DNA of 64,000 bases from a virus. A program made the position numbers and the translations under genes. The DNA is taken from UHGV virus genome UHGV-0167591. One strand, given 5' to 3'. Numbering within the stretch: the first letter of the stretch is position 1; the number at the start of each line of letters is the position of its first letter. The notes below the pieces were generated by a model. It was not told the origin of the DNA. It made no database searches and was given only the letters and a program-made list of their open reading frames with translations. Shown here in pieces: positions 21,417 to 29,957 of the stretch.

Positions 21417-22232
21417 ATGAGCAAAAACTTTTTTCAATCCGGGGCATTTTTGGGAAATGAATTGTCCCGTTTCGCTTTGAACGCTGATCCGGTGCAGTTG
21501 ATGGAATCTGCCCGTGCAAGTGCCCAACCGCCAACCGAACCGGAGATTAATAATAATCCGGAACAGGCGGCACAGATTAACGAGAACGTTCCACCTGACC
21601 AGGCTCCTGAGCAAATCCTGGAAGGGAAAGAAGGTAAAGAATGGACCGTCGAACAGGCGCACCAGATGATTCTGGAAGCTGCAAATCGAAGTGCTATGCA
21701 GAATGCGTTGAGTAATGCGGCTGATGCCGTTTTCGCCTGGGCTGATAGCGGTGATCTGACTTTCGACTCCCTTGATGGTTTCGTTCAGGCTATCGCTGGT
21801 ATCTCTGACGACGACGATACCGAAGTTACAGAAGAACAGGACGATGCCTATAACGAAGCATGGGCAAATGTTGCTGACTTCCTCGCAGCATGCGGTGTAG
21901 ATGATGACCTGATCGAAGCACTGGCTGACGATGAAGACGACGACGCAGCTGCTGATGTCGGTTCCGCTATTGCAGGTTTGGATAGCGACGACCGCGACGA
22001 ACTGGAAGCGGCGTTTGTTGTTGCTGGCACTTCTGATGAAATGCTGACTGAAGCATTTAAGAAGGTTGTTCGTAACGGTGAGATCAAACTCATCCGTAAA
22101 CGCCTGCGTAAAAAACGTCTGACTGCGGCTCAAAAATCGGCGCTGAAAAAAGCGCGTCGAAAAGCCCAGACTGGCGCGGCAAAACTTGCCCGCAAAAAGT
22201 CAATGAAACTGCGCCGTAAGCGCCTTGGCTAA
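21417..22232 (+). CDS. highly acidic protein with polybasic C-terminal tail
   Basis: D/E-rich core (DDDDTEVTEEQDD, DDEDDDAAAD) ending in KRLRKKRL...RKKSMKLRRKRLG. Confidence 0.4.
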   Translation: MSKNFFQSGAFLGNELSRFALNADPVQLMESARASAQPPTEPEINNNPEQAAQINENVPPDQAPEQILEGKEGKEWTVEQAHQMILEAANRSAMQNALSNAADAVFAWADSGDLTFDSLDGFVQAIAGISDDDDTEVTEEQDDAYNEAWANVADFLAACGVDDDLIEALADDEDDDAAADVGSAIAGLDSDDRDELEAAFVVAGTSDEMLTEAFKKVVRNGEIKLIRKRLRKKRLTAAQKSALKKARRKAQTGAAKLARKKSMKLRRKRLG

Positions 22233-22267
22233 AGGAGGAGGCCGGAGAACTCCGGCCTTTAACTTGA

Positions 22268-22849
22268 ATGGCTCCTATAGCTTATGGGGTTTACAGCCAG
22301 GCTGACGGTGTATCGCCATATCTGAAAGTTACTTTAACGAACTCTCAGTACCAGGTTACCGGATATATCAGCCAGGGAGCGGCAATGAACATGGCCCAGA
22401 ATTGGGAAGCGCCGTTTACCGGTATGTCCATGGGATCTGTTTCTGGTGCTCTGGGTGGTTTTGTGCAAGTAGGTACTGAAACAACGTCAGTTGCCCGTTG
22501 GAATAGCTTAATGGTTTGGGAAGGGGGGACACCGCCGACGTTCACGCTGCCCGTAACTTTCATTGCTTTGAACAATCCATTCATTGAAGTTTCAGGCGCT
22601 ATAGCCGCGTTGACAGCCATGATTAGCCCGGAACTAAAAGCGGCCAATGTTGGCGGTCGAATCCCGGAGCGTGTGACGCTAAACATTGGTCGCCGGATCA
22701 ACATCACCGATGTCGCCATCCAGGACTTAAGTTTTGATCTCGATGCGCCAAGGGACAGTAATGGATATTTCCTGAAAAACACCGTCAACCTCCAGTTGAC
22801 CGGTTCTTCGATATATAACAGCTCCGATATTGTTCGGGCGTTCCAGTAA
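22268..22849 (+). CDS. tail tube-like protein (tentative)
   Basis: 193-aa ORF downstream of the sheath gene. Confidence 0.4.
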   Translation: MAPIAYGVYSQADGVSPYLKVTLTNSQYQVTGYISQGAAMNMAQNWEAPFTGMSMGSVSGALGGFVQVGTETTSVARWNSLMVWEGGTPPTFTLPVTFIALNNPFIEVSGAIAALTAMISPELKAANVGGRIPERVTLNIGRRINITDVAIQDLSFDLDAPRDSNGYFLKNTVNLQLTGSSIYNSSDIVRAFQ

Positions 22850-22860
22850 AAGGATTTTAT

Positions 22861-23370
22861 ATGGGGCACAATAACACTAAGGGAAACAGTAAATTTATTA
22901 AGGGCCGCTATACTGCCAACGCGGCCAAAGGCGAACGACTGGTATCTTCTGAATTCCAGCTCACTTTTGCAGGCTATGAAGATATCAGTGTACTTGTTCG
23001 TACGTCGCAAATCCCTGAAATGACTCGCGAGGATGTGGAGGACTATGGTCCGAATGGTGTCAAGTTCAACCAGCACGGTCCAATTCGAAACTCTGGGGAA
23101 ATCCAGGTCCAGTGCGTGGAGACTATCGAAGGCGATATTCTTCAGTTCATTAAAGATCGCATTGCGGCGAAGGACTATGTTGATATCACGATGGCTGCGA
23201 CCCCTGAATCCAAATCTTCCGGGGTTAACGCTGTGACAAAAGCTGCTACAACAATTGAAATGTTGGACTGCAAAATCTACAGTGATGCAATCGACTTTAG
23301 TACCGAAGATGTGACTGCCGCTGTGCGTCCGTCACTTCGTATCGTCTACAACTGGATTGAGTGGGATTAA
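22861..23370 (+). CDS. tail protein (tentative)
   Basis: 169-aa ORF, last gene before a strong terminator. Confidence 0.4.
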   Translation: MGHNNTKGNSKFIKGRYTANAAKGERLVSSEFQLTFAGYEDISVLVRTSQIPEMTREDVEDYGPNGVKFNQHGPIRNSGEIQVQCVETIEGDILQFIKDRIAAKDYVDITMAATPESKSSGVNAVTKAATTIEMLDCKIYSDAIDFSTEDVTAAVRPSLRIVYNWIEWD

Positions 23371-23388
23371 GAGTCATCCCTTGTATTT

Positions 23389-23411
23389 TAAAGCTCCTTC
23401 GGGAGCTTTTT
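23389..23411 (+). terminator. rho-independent terminator
   Basis: aaagctccttcgggagctttttt. Confidence 0.65.
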
Positions 23412-23453
23412 TGTGCTTAAATTATGCCGGTATAGATAGATTTTGAGCATGTA

Positions 23454-23750
23454 ATGGAAATTGATTTCTCATACTCTCCTGAGACGATAGAAAGAAGATT
23501 CGAAATAATTGGATGCATAACTATTTCAGATGAGCATTATTGGATTCTCTATGATGCCAATACATGGTTATGTGCCTTAGCAGAATGTCAGCCATCGTTA
23601 TGTGTAGGGGAGGGGGCTTTTCGACATAAGGTGCTGGCTACACTTGAAGTGAACACGTTACGATATTGGTGTGTAGAAATACTTAGTGATAACAAAGAAT
23701 TGCATTTATTATTGCTGAATAAGTGTGCTTCTCTGCGCAGAAAAGCATGA
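23454..23750 (+). CDS. hypothetical 98-aa protein in the AT-rich island
   Basis: Isolated ORF followed by a long hairpin at 23876-23916. Confidence 0.3.
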   Translation: MEIDFSYSPETIERRFEIIGCITISDEHYWILYDANTWLCALAECQPSLCVGEGAFRHKVLATLEVNTLRYWCVEILSDNKELHLLLLNKCASLRRKA

Positions 23751-23914
23751 GAAAACCCAACCGCTCTCCCGAATTATCAGAAGAATATGTGCGGAAAGTT
23801 ATAGCTAGCTATTGAAAAGCTAAAGTAGATCGGTTAGAGTTGCCTTACTCATCTACCATGTGTAGAAAGAGCGATCGAACCCGATACATAGCAATATGTG
23901 TCGGGTTCAGCTTT

Positions 23915-24394
23915 TTATGTCCCAAGTGCTCTTTTTCTGCTTTGTTTGAGTGTTCTGATTTTACTGTCATAGGTTACAACATAGGCTGTTTTGAGAAGCC
24001 AATAGTCTCTACGTGCGGATAGCACAACAACGTAGTTTTCACACTCATTCCAGATTACCCACTCTTCAGTTGGTCCTCGTCTTTCAGACCAACATGATAT
24101 ATCGCAATGGTTATAATTCCTTATCATATGCGCGATCCAGCGAATTCGCTTGCACCGTTCAAGATCGGGTATACGTTCTTCTTCTATTTTTCCCTCTGAT
24201 ACTAAATGCCAAAATCCGAATTCTTTCCCATCATATTCCGGTGAATAACGTAATCGAACAGGGAGACCCTTAAACGTTATATTAGAGATTAAAATATCTT
24301 CTCTAACAACATCATATACATCGTCTATATACTCTTGCCAACTTCCATTGAAGTACAATAAATCTGGCATTTGAAGCATCAACGAGCCTCCCAC
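23915..24394 (-). CDS. hypothetical protein, distal gene of the AT-rich cassette (P1 rlfB position)
   Basis: 159-aa ORF overlapping the upstream gene by 16 nt; very low G+C. Confidence 0.45.
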   Translation of the reverse strand: MGGSLMLQMPDLLYFNGSWQEYIDDVYDVVREDILISNITFKGLPVRLRYSPEYDGKEFGFWHLVSEGKIEEERIPDLERCKRIRWIAHMIRNYNHCDISCWSERRGPTEEWVIWNECENYVVVLSARRDYWLLKTAYVVTYDSKIRTLKQSRKRALGT

Positions 24395-25083
24395 ACGAAA
24401 ATATTAAATTTACTTTCTGTTGGAAGAGTGCTTTTTAGTAACTCCCTGTTTGTATGTGATTTTATCCTATTTATGACTTGGATTTTTCCCGCGTTGCTAT
24501 TCATTCCTCGATGAACGTAGCCTAACGCACCAATGAAAAGATCCGTTAGCTGCAATTGTTGCACTTCATGAGATCGTATATGTTGAATTCTGTTTATCGA
24601 CTCATGATTGTAATCATAGCGATCATTGTGAAGAACCCCTCTTAATTTCTCAATTTTTTCAATACCTAAAGTATCTTTTATATCTAGGTAGATATTGTAT
24701 GTGTTGTTACTTTCTATTATGTTTTTTAAGACATAAAAAAACATCTTATAATAGAAAGTATTATGATCTTGATGGAATCGAGCATGGTCCAGTTGCTCTT
24801 TATCAGGAACAACAACACCTCTAAAGCGCAATGCTGGGTTGCTGAAGAAGTAATCTACGACATCTAAGTAAAATTCAACTTTGGACGCAGATACTTTAGT
24901 CCACTTGATTTCGAAATCAGGTTTTAGATTGTGTTTTAATTTTAATTCCTTGATATCTCTAGCAATTTTTTTTGTGATAGTGCCAGGGCACCAAAGCGCA
25001 CCCAATACCATGACTTTATTATGATCATTTAGTAGGTGACAGGATTCATCGCAGAATACATTAAATGTTCTTCGGTTCAACAT
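24379..25083 (-). CDS. DUF3800-like protein (P1 rlfA position)
   Basis: 234 aa with N-terminal FCDESCH motif and NIYLDIKD / QLTDLFIG segments recalled from DUF3800-family proteins; very low G+C. Confidence 0.45.
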   Translation of the reverse strand: MLNRRTFNVFCDESCHLLNDHNKVMVLGALWCPGTITKKIARDIKELKLKHNLKPDFEIKWTKVSASKVEFYLDVVDYFFSNPALRFRGVVVPDKEQLDHARFHQDHNTFYYKMFFYVLKNIIESNNTYNIYLDIKDTLGIEKIEKLRGVLHNDRYDYNHESINRIQHIRSHEVQQLQLTDLFIGALGYVHRGMNSNAGKIQVINRIKSHTNRELLKSTLPTESKFNIFVWEAR

Positions 25084-25234
25084 GTTAACTCCACTTATTG
25101 TTAGGTAGAATTGTCCGTTAGTTGTTTATTAATTGCAATAATGGGACGTCCAGTTTTGGCAACTGTGTCCTCTTACCAAGACGCCTATGAGTTCGCCTCA
25201 TGGCAAACTAGAAGTGTTGAAAGTATGCATGGTT

Positions 25235-25253
25235 CTAATTAGAGCAATTTATT
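25235..25253. promoter_or_regulatory. partial C1 operator-like site just downstream of the repL stop
   Basis: ctaattagagcaatttatt contains the attgctctaat core (11 of 17 consensus positions). Confidence 0.35.
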
Positions 25254-26097
25254 AACCTCTGAATCCTGCCGGTATACCCCATTGTTCGTTATCTTTATTT
25301 TTGGCTAAAACCGCATTAAGAGCTTCGTTTACCGTCATGCAATGCGGCAGATTATCGAAGTTTGATATCCCACCAATATCAGGAGAACGCTTGTTCTTCA
25401 GGTAAGCATATTTCCGCGCTGCCGCCTCTACTTTCTGCTTGAACTCATGTTTTTGAGCGCGTTTTTTGGATAACCGCAGATTGTCAGCCTTTGCTTTTGC
25501 CTCAGCGATCCATGAAGTCAATTTTTTGAGTCTGGTCGTTCCGGCACCGCCGGAAACTGATCTTTTTGTTTTTTTAACTTGTGACTTCTTATTCTTTATT
25601 GCCACGTCATCCTGACAGGGGGAGGGGGTATCATTTTGACATGGGGGTGTGGATAAAAAATCAAATAAAGCCAATGTCTTAGCGAGAACAGCTTTAACCT
25701 TGGTTGCGGCTGAAGAGATCTTTAATTTGCTTTCAGTCAGCGCGTTTTTAGCTTGTTGTGCGAAGGCCAAAAAGGATGGTGTAAACCGGTACAGGTTAGC
25801 GCGGCGTTCACGGTGATCGCCGATAACAATCTCTACAGACAGGATTCCTTTGTTTACAGCTTCACGGAATGCACGAACGACGGTTGATTGACTATAACCA
25901 GTTTCTGCCGCGATCAGGCGGTGAGGCTTGTGAATGAAGTATTCACTGGTTGTAGCCGCGAGATTTGCACATTGCGACAGGATATACCCGGCGCTACGGG
26001 ATAGACCGGAGTGTGTTACAAAGCAGGCCAATTCATAGCCAGAAAAAGTAAAATCGCTCATCGTTATACAGCTCAGGAAAGTGACTTTAGCCAGCAT
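25252..26097 (-). CDS. repL: lytic replication initiator RepL
   Basis: 281 aa directly downstream of kilA in the same operon; basic C-terminal half. Confidence 0.7.
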   Translation of the reverse strand: MLAKVTFLSCITMSDFTFSGYELACFVTHSGLSRSAGYILSQCANLAATTSEYFIHKPHRLIAAETGYSQSTVVRAFREAVNKGILSVEIVIGDHRERRANLYRFTPSFLAFAQQAKNALTESKLKISSAATKVKAVLAKTLALFDFLSTPPCQNDTPSPCQDDVAIKNKKSQVKKTKRSVSGGAGTTRLKKLTSWIAEAKAKADNLRLSKKRAQKHEFKQKVEAAARKYAYLKNKRSPDIGGISNFDNLPHCMTVNEALNAVLAKNKDNEQWGIPAGFRG

Positions 26098-26126
26098 TAC
26101 AATGCTGGTGGTTCTTACTACGTCTG

Positions 26127-26927
26127 TTAGCGCGTTGCCGCGACAGGTACCAGCACACCAGCATCAAGCAATCGCTTCATCAGCCACTGCTGACCTTTGC
26201 CGGTTATACGAGTCGTGAAAGAAATCCTGCTTCCATTGCTTGTATCGATCACGGTTTCTTTGAGGGTGAAATACCCACGGGATATGTATTCTTGTTTTGG
26301 GACGTTCCTGCGCTCACCGGTTGCGATCAGAATTCCGTTATCACGCAACCAGGTGAAGAGATAGTTTTGGCCCAGGCCGAGCACTTTGGCATAGTTGCCG
26401 ATTAGAACCCCGCTGGCGGTAGCAACGCGTTCGGCAAATTCGACTTTAGGGGCATCCAGAAGCATTTTTTGCTCCAGCCGTTGCTTTTGCTCTGCCAGGT
26501 CGGCAGCCAAACGGAGAGCTTCAGGGAGACTCTGCGGAATAGCAGGTTGTAATCTTCCGGCTCGATAGTCGATAAATGTCTGGTTTACCTTCAGCCGAAA
26601 CGCGGGAGAAATCCAGCCTGCGTACTCCACAGCGAGCAATTCATGGGCAAAAGTGCCGCCGCCACGGCCTTCGAACGAAACTATGCAATTCTGCATAGTT
26701 TCTTTTTCCAGCTCTTCGATGAGCTGTTTGGCTGACAGCGTTCTTAGCCATTGAGCTGGCGCTTTATGGGCACCGAGTCCGCTCGCTCTGTGTAGAGCAT
26801 TAAGGTTGTAACGGCCAGCGCGGTCGGTCGTAATTTCAACACCACAAATAACAGGCAGAGTGGTTGAAGGATCGACATTTTGATGAAGGTTTGATATATT
26901 CATATCCGCATTGAATGTTTGTTGCAT
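26127..26927 (-). CDS. kilA: KilA (antirepressor-family C-terminal domain protein)
   Basis: 266 aa; C-terminal segment (PEALRLAADLAEQKQRLEQKMLLDAPKVEFAERV...) parallels the Ant C-terminus. Confidence 0.75.
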   Translation of the reverse strand: MQQTFNADMNISNLHQNVDPSTTLPVICGVEITTDRAGRYNLNALHRASGLGAHKAPAQWLRTLSAKQLIEELEKETMQNCIVSFEGRGGGTFAHELLAVEYAGWISPAFRLKVNQTFIDYRAGRLQPAIPQSLPEALRLAADLAEQKQRLEQKMLLDAPKVEFAERVATASGVLIGNYAKVLGLGQNYLFTWLRDNGILIATGERRNVPKQEYISRGYFTLKETVIDTSNGSRISFTTRITGKGQQWLMKRLLDAGVLVPVAATR

Positions 26928-26996
26928 TTTTTCTCCAAATTTGCATCAACCTTCAATCACCAGCTCGAAATGGTGATTCTTTGCACTTAGAAAACG

Positions 26997-27014
26997 AAAT
27001 TTATTAGAGCAAAT
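26997..27014. promoter_or_regulatory. C1 operator upstream of kilA-repL (Op53-like)
   Basis: aaatttattagagcaaat: 16 of 17 match to the reverse complement of ATTGCTCTAATAAATTT. Confidence 0.6.
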
Positions 27015-27055
27015 TTTTCCAGTCCGATCCAGATCGGGTTGGTCGATCTGCTCAG

Positions 27056-27086
27056 AAACCTGCCAGTTAGCTGGCAGGTTTTTTTG
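27056..27086 (+). terminator. rho-independent terminator on the plus strand, antisense to the kilA leader
   Basis: aaacctgccagttagctggcaggttttttt. Confidence 0.55.
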
Positions 27087-27211
27087 TATAAGGCGTTTTT
27101 CAATGTGGATTTGTGGCTGGCTAAAACGGAAAAGGCCACAGGTTTTACCCTGTGGCCTGTTCGGGCGCAACGCGCTGCTGTTACACTGCGAACTAACGCC
27201 CTTCAATGTTG

Positions 27212-27328
27212 TTATGCAATGTGGAGAAGTGAGGCAATCACTGATGCCAACACAGAACTTGAAGCTCCGATGATGACAGGAACAATGATGTTGGTCACAA
27301 TCCACTTGCAAGCTTTTTGAAGAGTCAT
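27212..27328 (-). CDS. 38-aa hydrophobic micro-ORF (possible small membrane peptide)
   Basis: MTLQKACKWIVTNIIVPVIIGASSSVLASVIASLLHIA; GGAG 7 nt upstream of the ATG. Confidence 0.3.
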   Translation of the reverse strand: MTLQKACKWIVTNIIVPVIIGASSSVLASVIASLLHIA

Positions 27329-27394
27329 TACGAAGCTCCGCACACTTGCAACAGCAACTGCTTGCGGCTATCCTCTTGTTGATCAGACATAAGG

Positions 27395-27445
27395 AATGCC
27401 CTCGCTGGTTGCCTCCATGCAACGTTGTGGCGAGGGTTTTTTCTG
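27395..27445 (+). terminator. terminator-like structured hairpin (plus strand)
   Basis: gccctcgc...gcgaggg stem followed by ttttttct. Confidence 0.4.
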
Positions 27446-27566
27446 TCTGGAGGCTACGCATCCAGGAGTTCATAACCCCCGCATAACGTTGCGCCTCCCC
27501 TGAAAAACAGGGTTGGGCATATCGTACACATGCCTGTAATTTATGGCAAATCCTGGTCTGAATACG

Positions 27567-28613
27567 TTAAGACAAGGACGCCACTGGTTTTAACAAACCA
27601 GCATCAAGTAGCTTGCGAGTTAACCACTGCTGGCCTTTACCCGTTAATTGGGGCGTCAGCCGTATCTGGTAGCCATTTTCATCATCCAGCACCACTTCTT
27701 TCACCGTGAAATACCCGGCGTTGATGTACTGTTGGCGCGGTACGTTTTTGCGCGCTCCAAAAGCCATGAGAATGCCATTCTGGCGCAACCATGAGAAAAG
27801 GGCGTTTTGCTTAAGTCCAACGACCTTTGCAAAGTTCCCGATCAGGATTCCATTGGCCACTGATACCCGGTCGGCAAAATCGACTTTAGGGGCTGCGGCC
27901 ACCAGCTGTTGTTCCAACTGCATTTTCTGTTCTGCTAACTCGGCAGCCAGGCGTAGGGCTTCTGGTAATGTCTGGGGGATCGATGGGGTAGGGGAGTTTG
28001 CCTGCTGTAATTCTTCCAGTTTGTCGATCAGCGAACGGCGGACCGCTTTCGATTCGCGCGCGGCGACTCGCAGGGCTTGTTTGTAGGTCATGGTTATGAC
28101 AACCATAGGCGTACCGCCACCTGGCGGCACGGTTGCACTTTTTGTGTAACCGTCCTCACCTTCTAATTCGTCGAGTATTTTTTCGATGAATTTGTTGTTC
28201 CGAACCTCTGGTTCCCCACATAACTTACGCGCTTCATTGACCATCTTTAACAGTGTCAGGCTGTCGATTGTGTCTCCGGTGGTGGGGATGACATTCACGG
28301 CTGGTGCTGGCGTTGCTGAAGCAACAGGTGCTGGTTTTTCAACATTTAAATTATTACCGGTCATTCTATGTGCCTCCTTTCTCATTTCTGCTGCCACTGT
28401 TGCGTAACGTAGACGTCCTTGTTCAATCAAATAATCCCTGATCTCGGCTATCAGTAGCCTGTTGATCACAGCCTTATCTGTTCGGGTATAAAAACGTCTG
28501 GTTATCATGAAATAGTTAGCAATTGCGCCGGGGATCTCCCGTGTCGGCATACAGGTAGTATGCAAGGCGATCGCTTCGGCTATTTCATTACGGGTGACGA
28601 GAGGTGTTTTCAT
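27567..28613 (-). CDS. ant: antirepressor Ant
   Basis: 348 aa; C-terminal Ant/KilA-type domain (QTLPEALRLAAELAEQKMQLEQQLVAAAPKVDFADRV); start overlaps the icd stop. Confidence 0.8.
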   Translation of the reverse strand: MKTPLVTRNEIAEAIALHTTCMPTREIPGAIANYFMITRRFYTRTDKAVINRLLIAEIRDYLIEQGRLRYATVAAEMRKEAHRMTGNNLNVEKPAPVASATPAPAVNVIPTTGDTIDSLTLLKMVNEARKLCGEPEVRNNKFIEKILDELEGEDGYTKSATVPPGGGTPMVVITMTYKQALRVAARESKAVRRSLIDKLEELQQANSPTPSIPQTLPEALRLAAELAEQKMQLEQQLVAAAPKVDFADRVSVANGILIGNFAKVVGLKQNALFSWLRQNGILMAFGARKNVPRQQYINAGYFTVKEVVLDDENGYQIRLTPQLTGKGQQWLTRKLLDAGLLKPVASLS

Positions 28614-28831
28614 AAACCCCCCTGAACGTCGGCAGAGAAGGGGAGGCTCCAGTAACTAAGTGAATTGCGCGAGTCAGTTGAAAAACGGGCAGTAAAAATG
28701 CAGGGGCCATCAGGCAATTGAGAGCGTGCTTCGTCTTCAGTTGCTGCGATAACGAAGTGATAGTGGTGTTTTTTACAGGAATAGAAACGCCAGATGAATT
28801 CTGGGCGTGCGCAAGGATTGGCATTAACCAT
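28610..28831 (-). CDS. icd: small protein overlapping the ant start (P1 Icd-like)
   Basis: 73-aa ORF ending in ATGA overlap with ant. Confidence 0.5.
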   Translation of the reverse strand: MVNANPCARPEFIWRFYSCKKHHYHFVIAATEDEARSQLPDGPCIFTARFSTDSRNSLSYWSLPFSADVQGGL

Positions 28832-28869
28832 AGTTACGGCCTCACTAACAGGTTTAACAACCTGCTACC

Positions 28870-28965
28870 CGCTGCTAAACAGGTGGCAGGACGTGACGGG
28901 GTTAGCAGACTGGCGTTAGTGAAACCAGCAGGCCGAAGCCTCCCCATCACGCCCCACCATAATTT
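28870..28965 (-). ncRNA. c4: c4-type antisense RNA region (approximate bounds)
   Basis: ctgctaa at 28872-28878 and 29041-29047 with complementary ttagcag at 28902-28908, the arrangement expected for c4 and its target sites. Confidence 0.4.
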
Positions 28966-29145
28966 GGGCGTAACGCGGTTTTACGGACACAAAAATACCG
29001 CAATATCGGATATCTGCGGTTGTCCGCACTAACATTCAGGCTGCTAAACCCGGTCGCAGAATTTGCTACGACGGCGGAACTATAAGCCTGAACGATTAAA
29101 AGGTCAATATGATGCGAAAAGATAGCATTCGCGACTTAAAAATAC

Positions 29146-29160
29146 AAATTTATTAGAGCA
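29146..29160. promoter_or_regulatory. C1 operator-like site in the immunity-region promoter
   Basis: aaatttattagagca: 15 of 17 match to the reverse-complement consensus. Confidence 0.5.
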
Positions 29161-29231
29161 TTAATTGTATAGTAAATACACAAATGGATCTAATAACCTC
29201 TTTTTTTTAAAGGCGAAAATATGTACCCTAA

Positions 29232-29906
29232 ATGGGTTGTAAGGCAGGTGAGGTTATAATGAGAAAACTATTATTACCGTTATTATTTATGGCTGGGACT
29301 GTTAATGCAGCATCAAGTGTAAAGGAGATTTGTACCGATTATACGAAATACCTTGGGCACGTTTACGGCTTTGCTGTCAGTCAAGACGAATCCATGCGCA
29401 AGAAGTTACTGTCAGATATGAAACGTCTTAAACTTTCTGAAGCGATGGTGCAGCAAGAACTATATAAAGTCGCAACCAACGAAAATGCTAAATATCAATA
29501 TTCTCGCCTATTAAATCCCGACGCAAACGAGATCAATCGAAGCACTTTCGATTATATGGTAAAGGCATGCGAAACCGCTCCTGATTTTGCTATCCCTAGC
29601 TGGGGTGTGCTGGTGGCGAGCAATGCCGTTAATAAAGAAGATGTTGGAAGAAATGGCATTGACTCAATCAGAAATGCCCCAGGAATGCGCCATCAAAGCG
29701 TGCAGAGTACGCTTGAAGAGCGGGCCAGGGGGCCGGGTACAAACTCCCCAATGGGAAACCTCTCACCAGAGGAATTGCAAGAGTATAACCAACGGATGGA
29801 GCAGTATGAGAAAGCGGCACGCGAACAAATGGAACAACAAAAGAACGGCTCACTTAATACCTTCCAGCAAGGTTTAAAGGCGCTTAATTTACCATATGAA
29901 TGGTGA
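29232..29906 (+). CDS. secreted superinfection-exclusion-type protein (P1 Sim-like)
   Basis: Signal peptide MRKLLLPLLFMAGTVNAASS; internal segment IRNAPGMRHQSVQSTLEERARGPGT shared with Sit. Confidence 0.5.
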   Translation: MGCKAGEVIMRKLLLPLLFMAGTVNAASSVKEICTDYTKYLGHVYGFAVSQDESMRKKLLSDMKRLKLSEAMVQQELYKVATNENAKYQYSRLLNPDANEINRSTFDYMVKACETAPDFAIPSWGVLVASNAVNKEDVGRNGIDSIRNAPGMRHQSVQSTLEERARGPGTNSPMGNLSPEELQEYNQRMEQYEKAAREQMEQQKNGSLNTFQQGLKALNLPYEW

Positions 29907-29957
29907 ATATATGGTGGTTAACTAATTAAAATATTAATATCCAAAGGAGATAAATTA

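Noticed and set aside
26946-27473. 175-aa minus-strand ORF spanning the ant-kilA spacer
   Set aside because: Cys/His-rich, low-complexity translation that crosses the operator and both terminator hairpins; looks like a chance frame. Only the short 38-codon ORF inside it is kept as a candidate.
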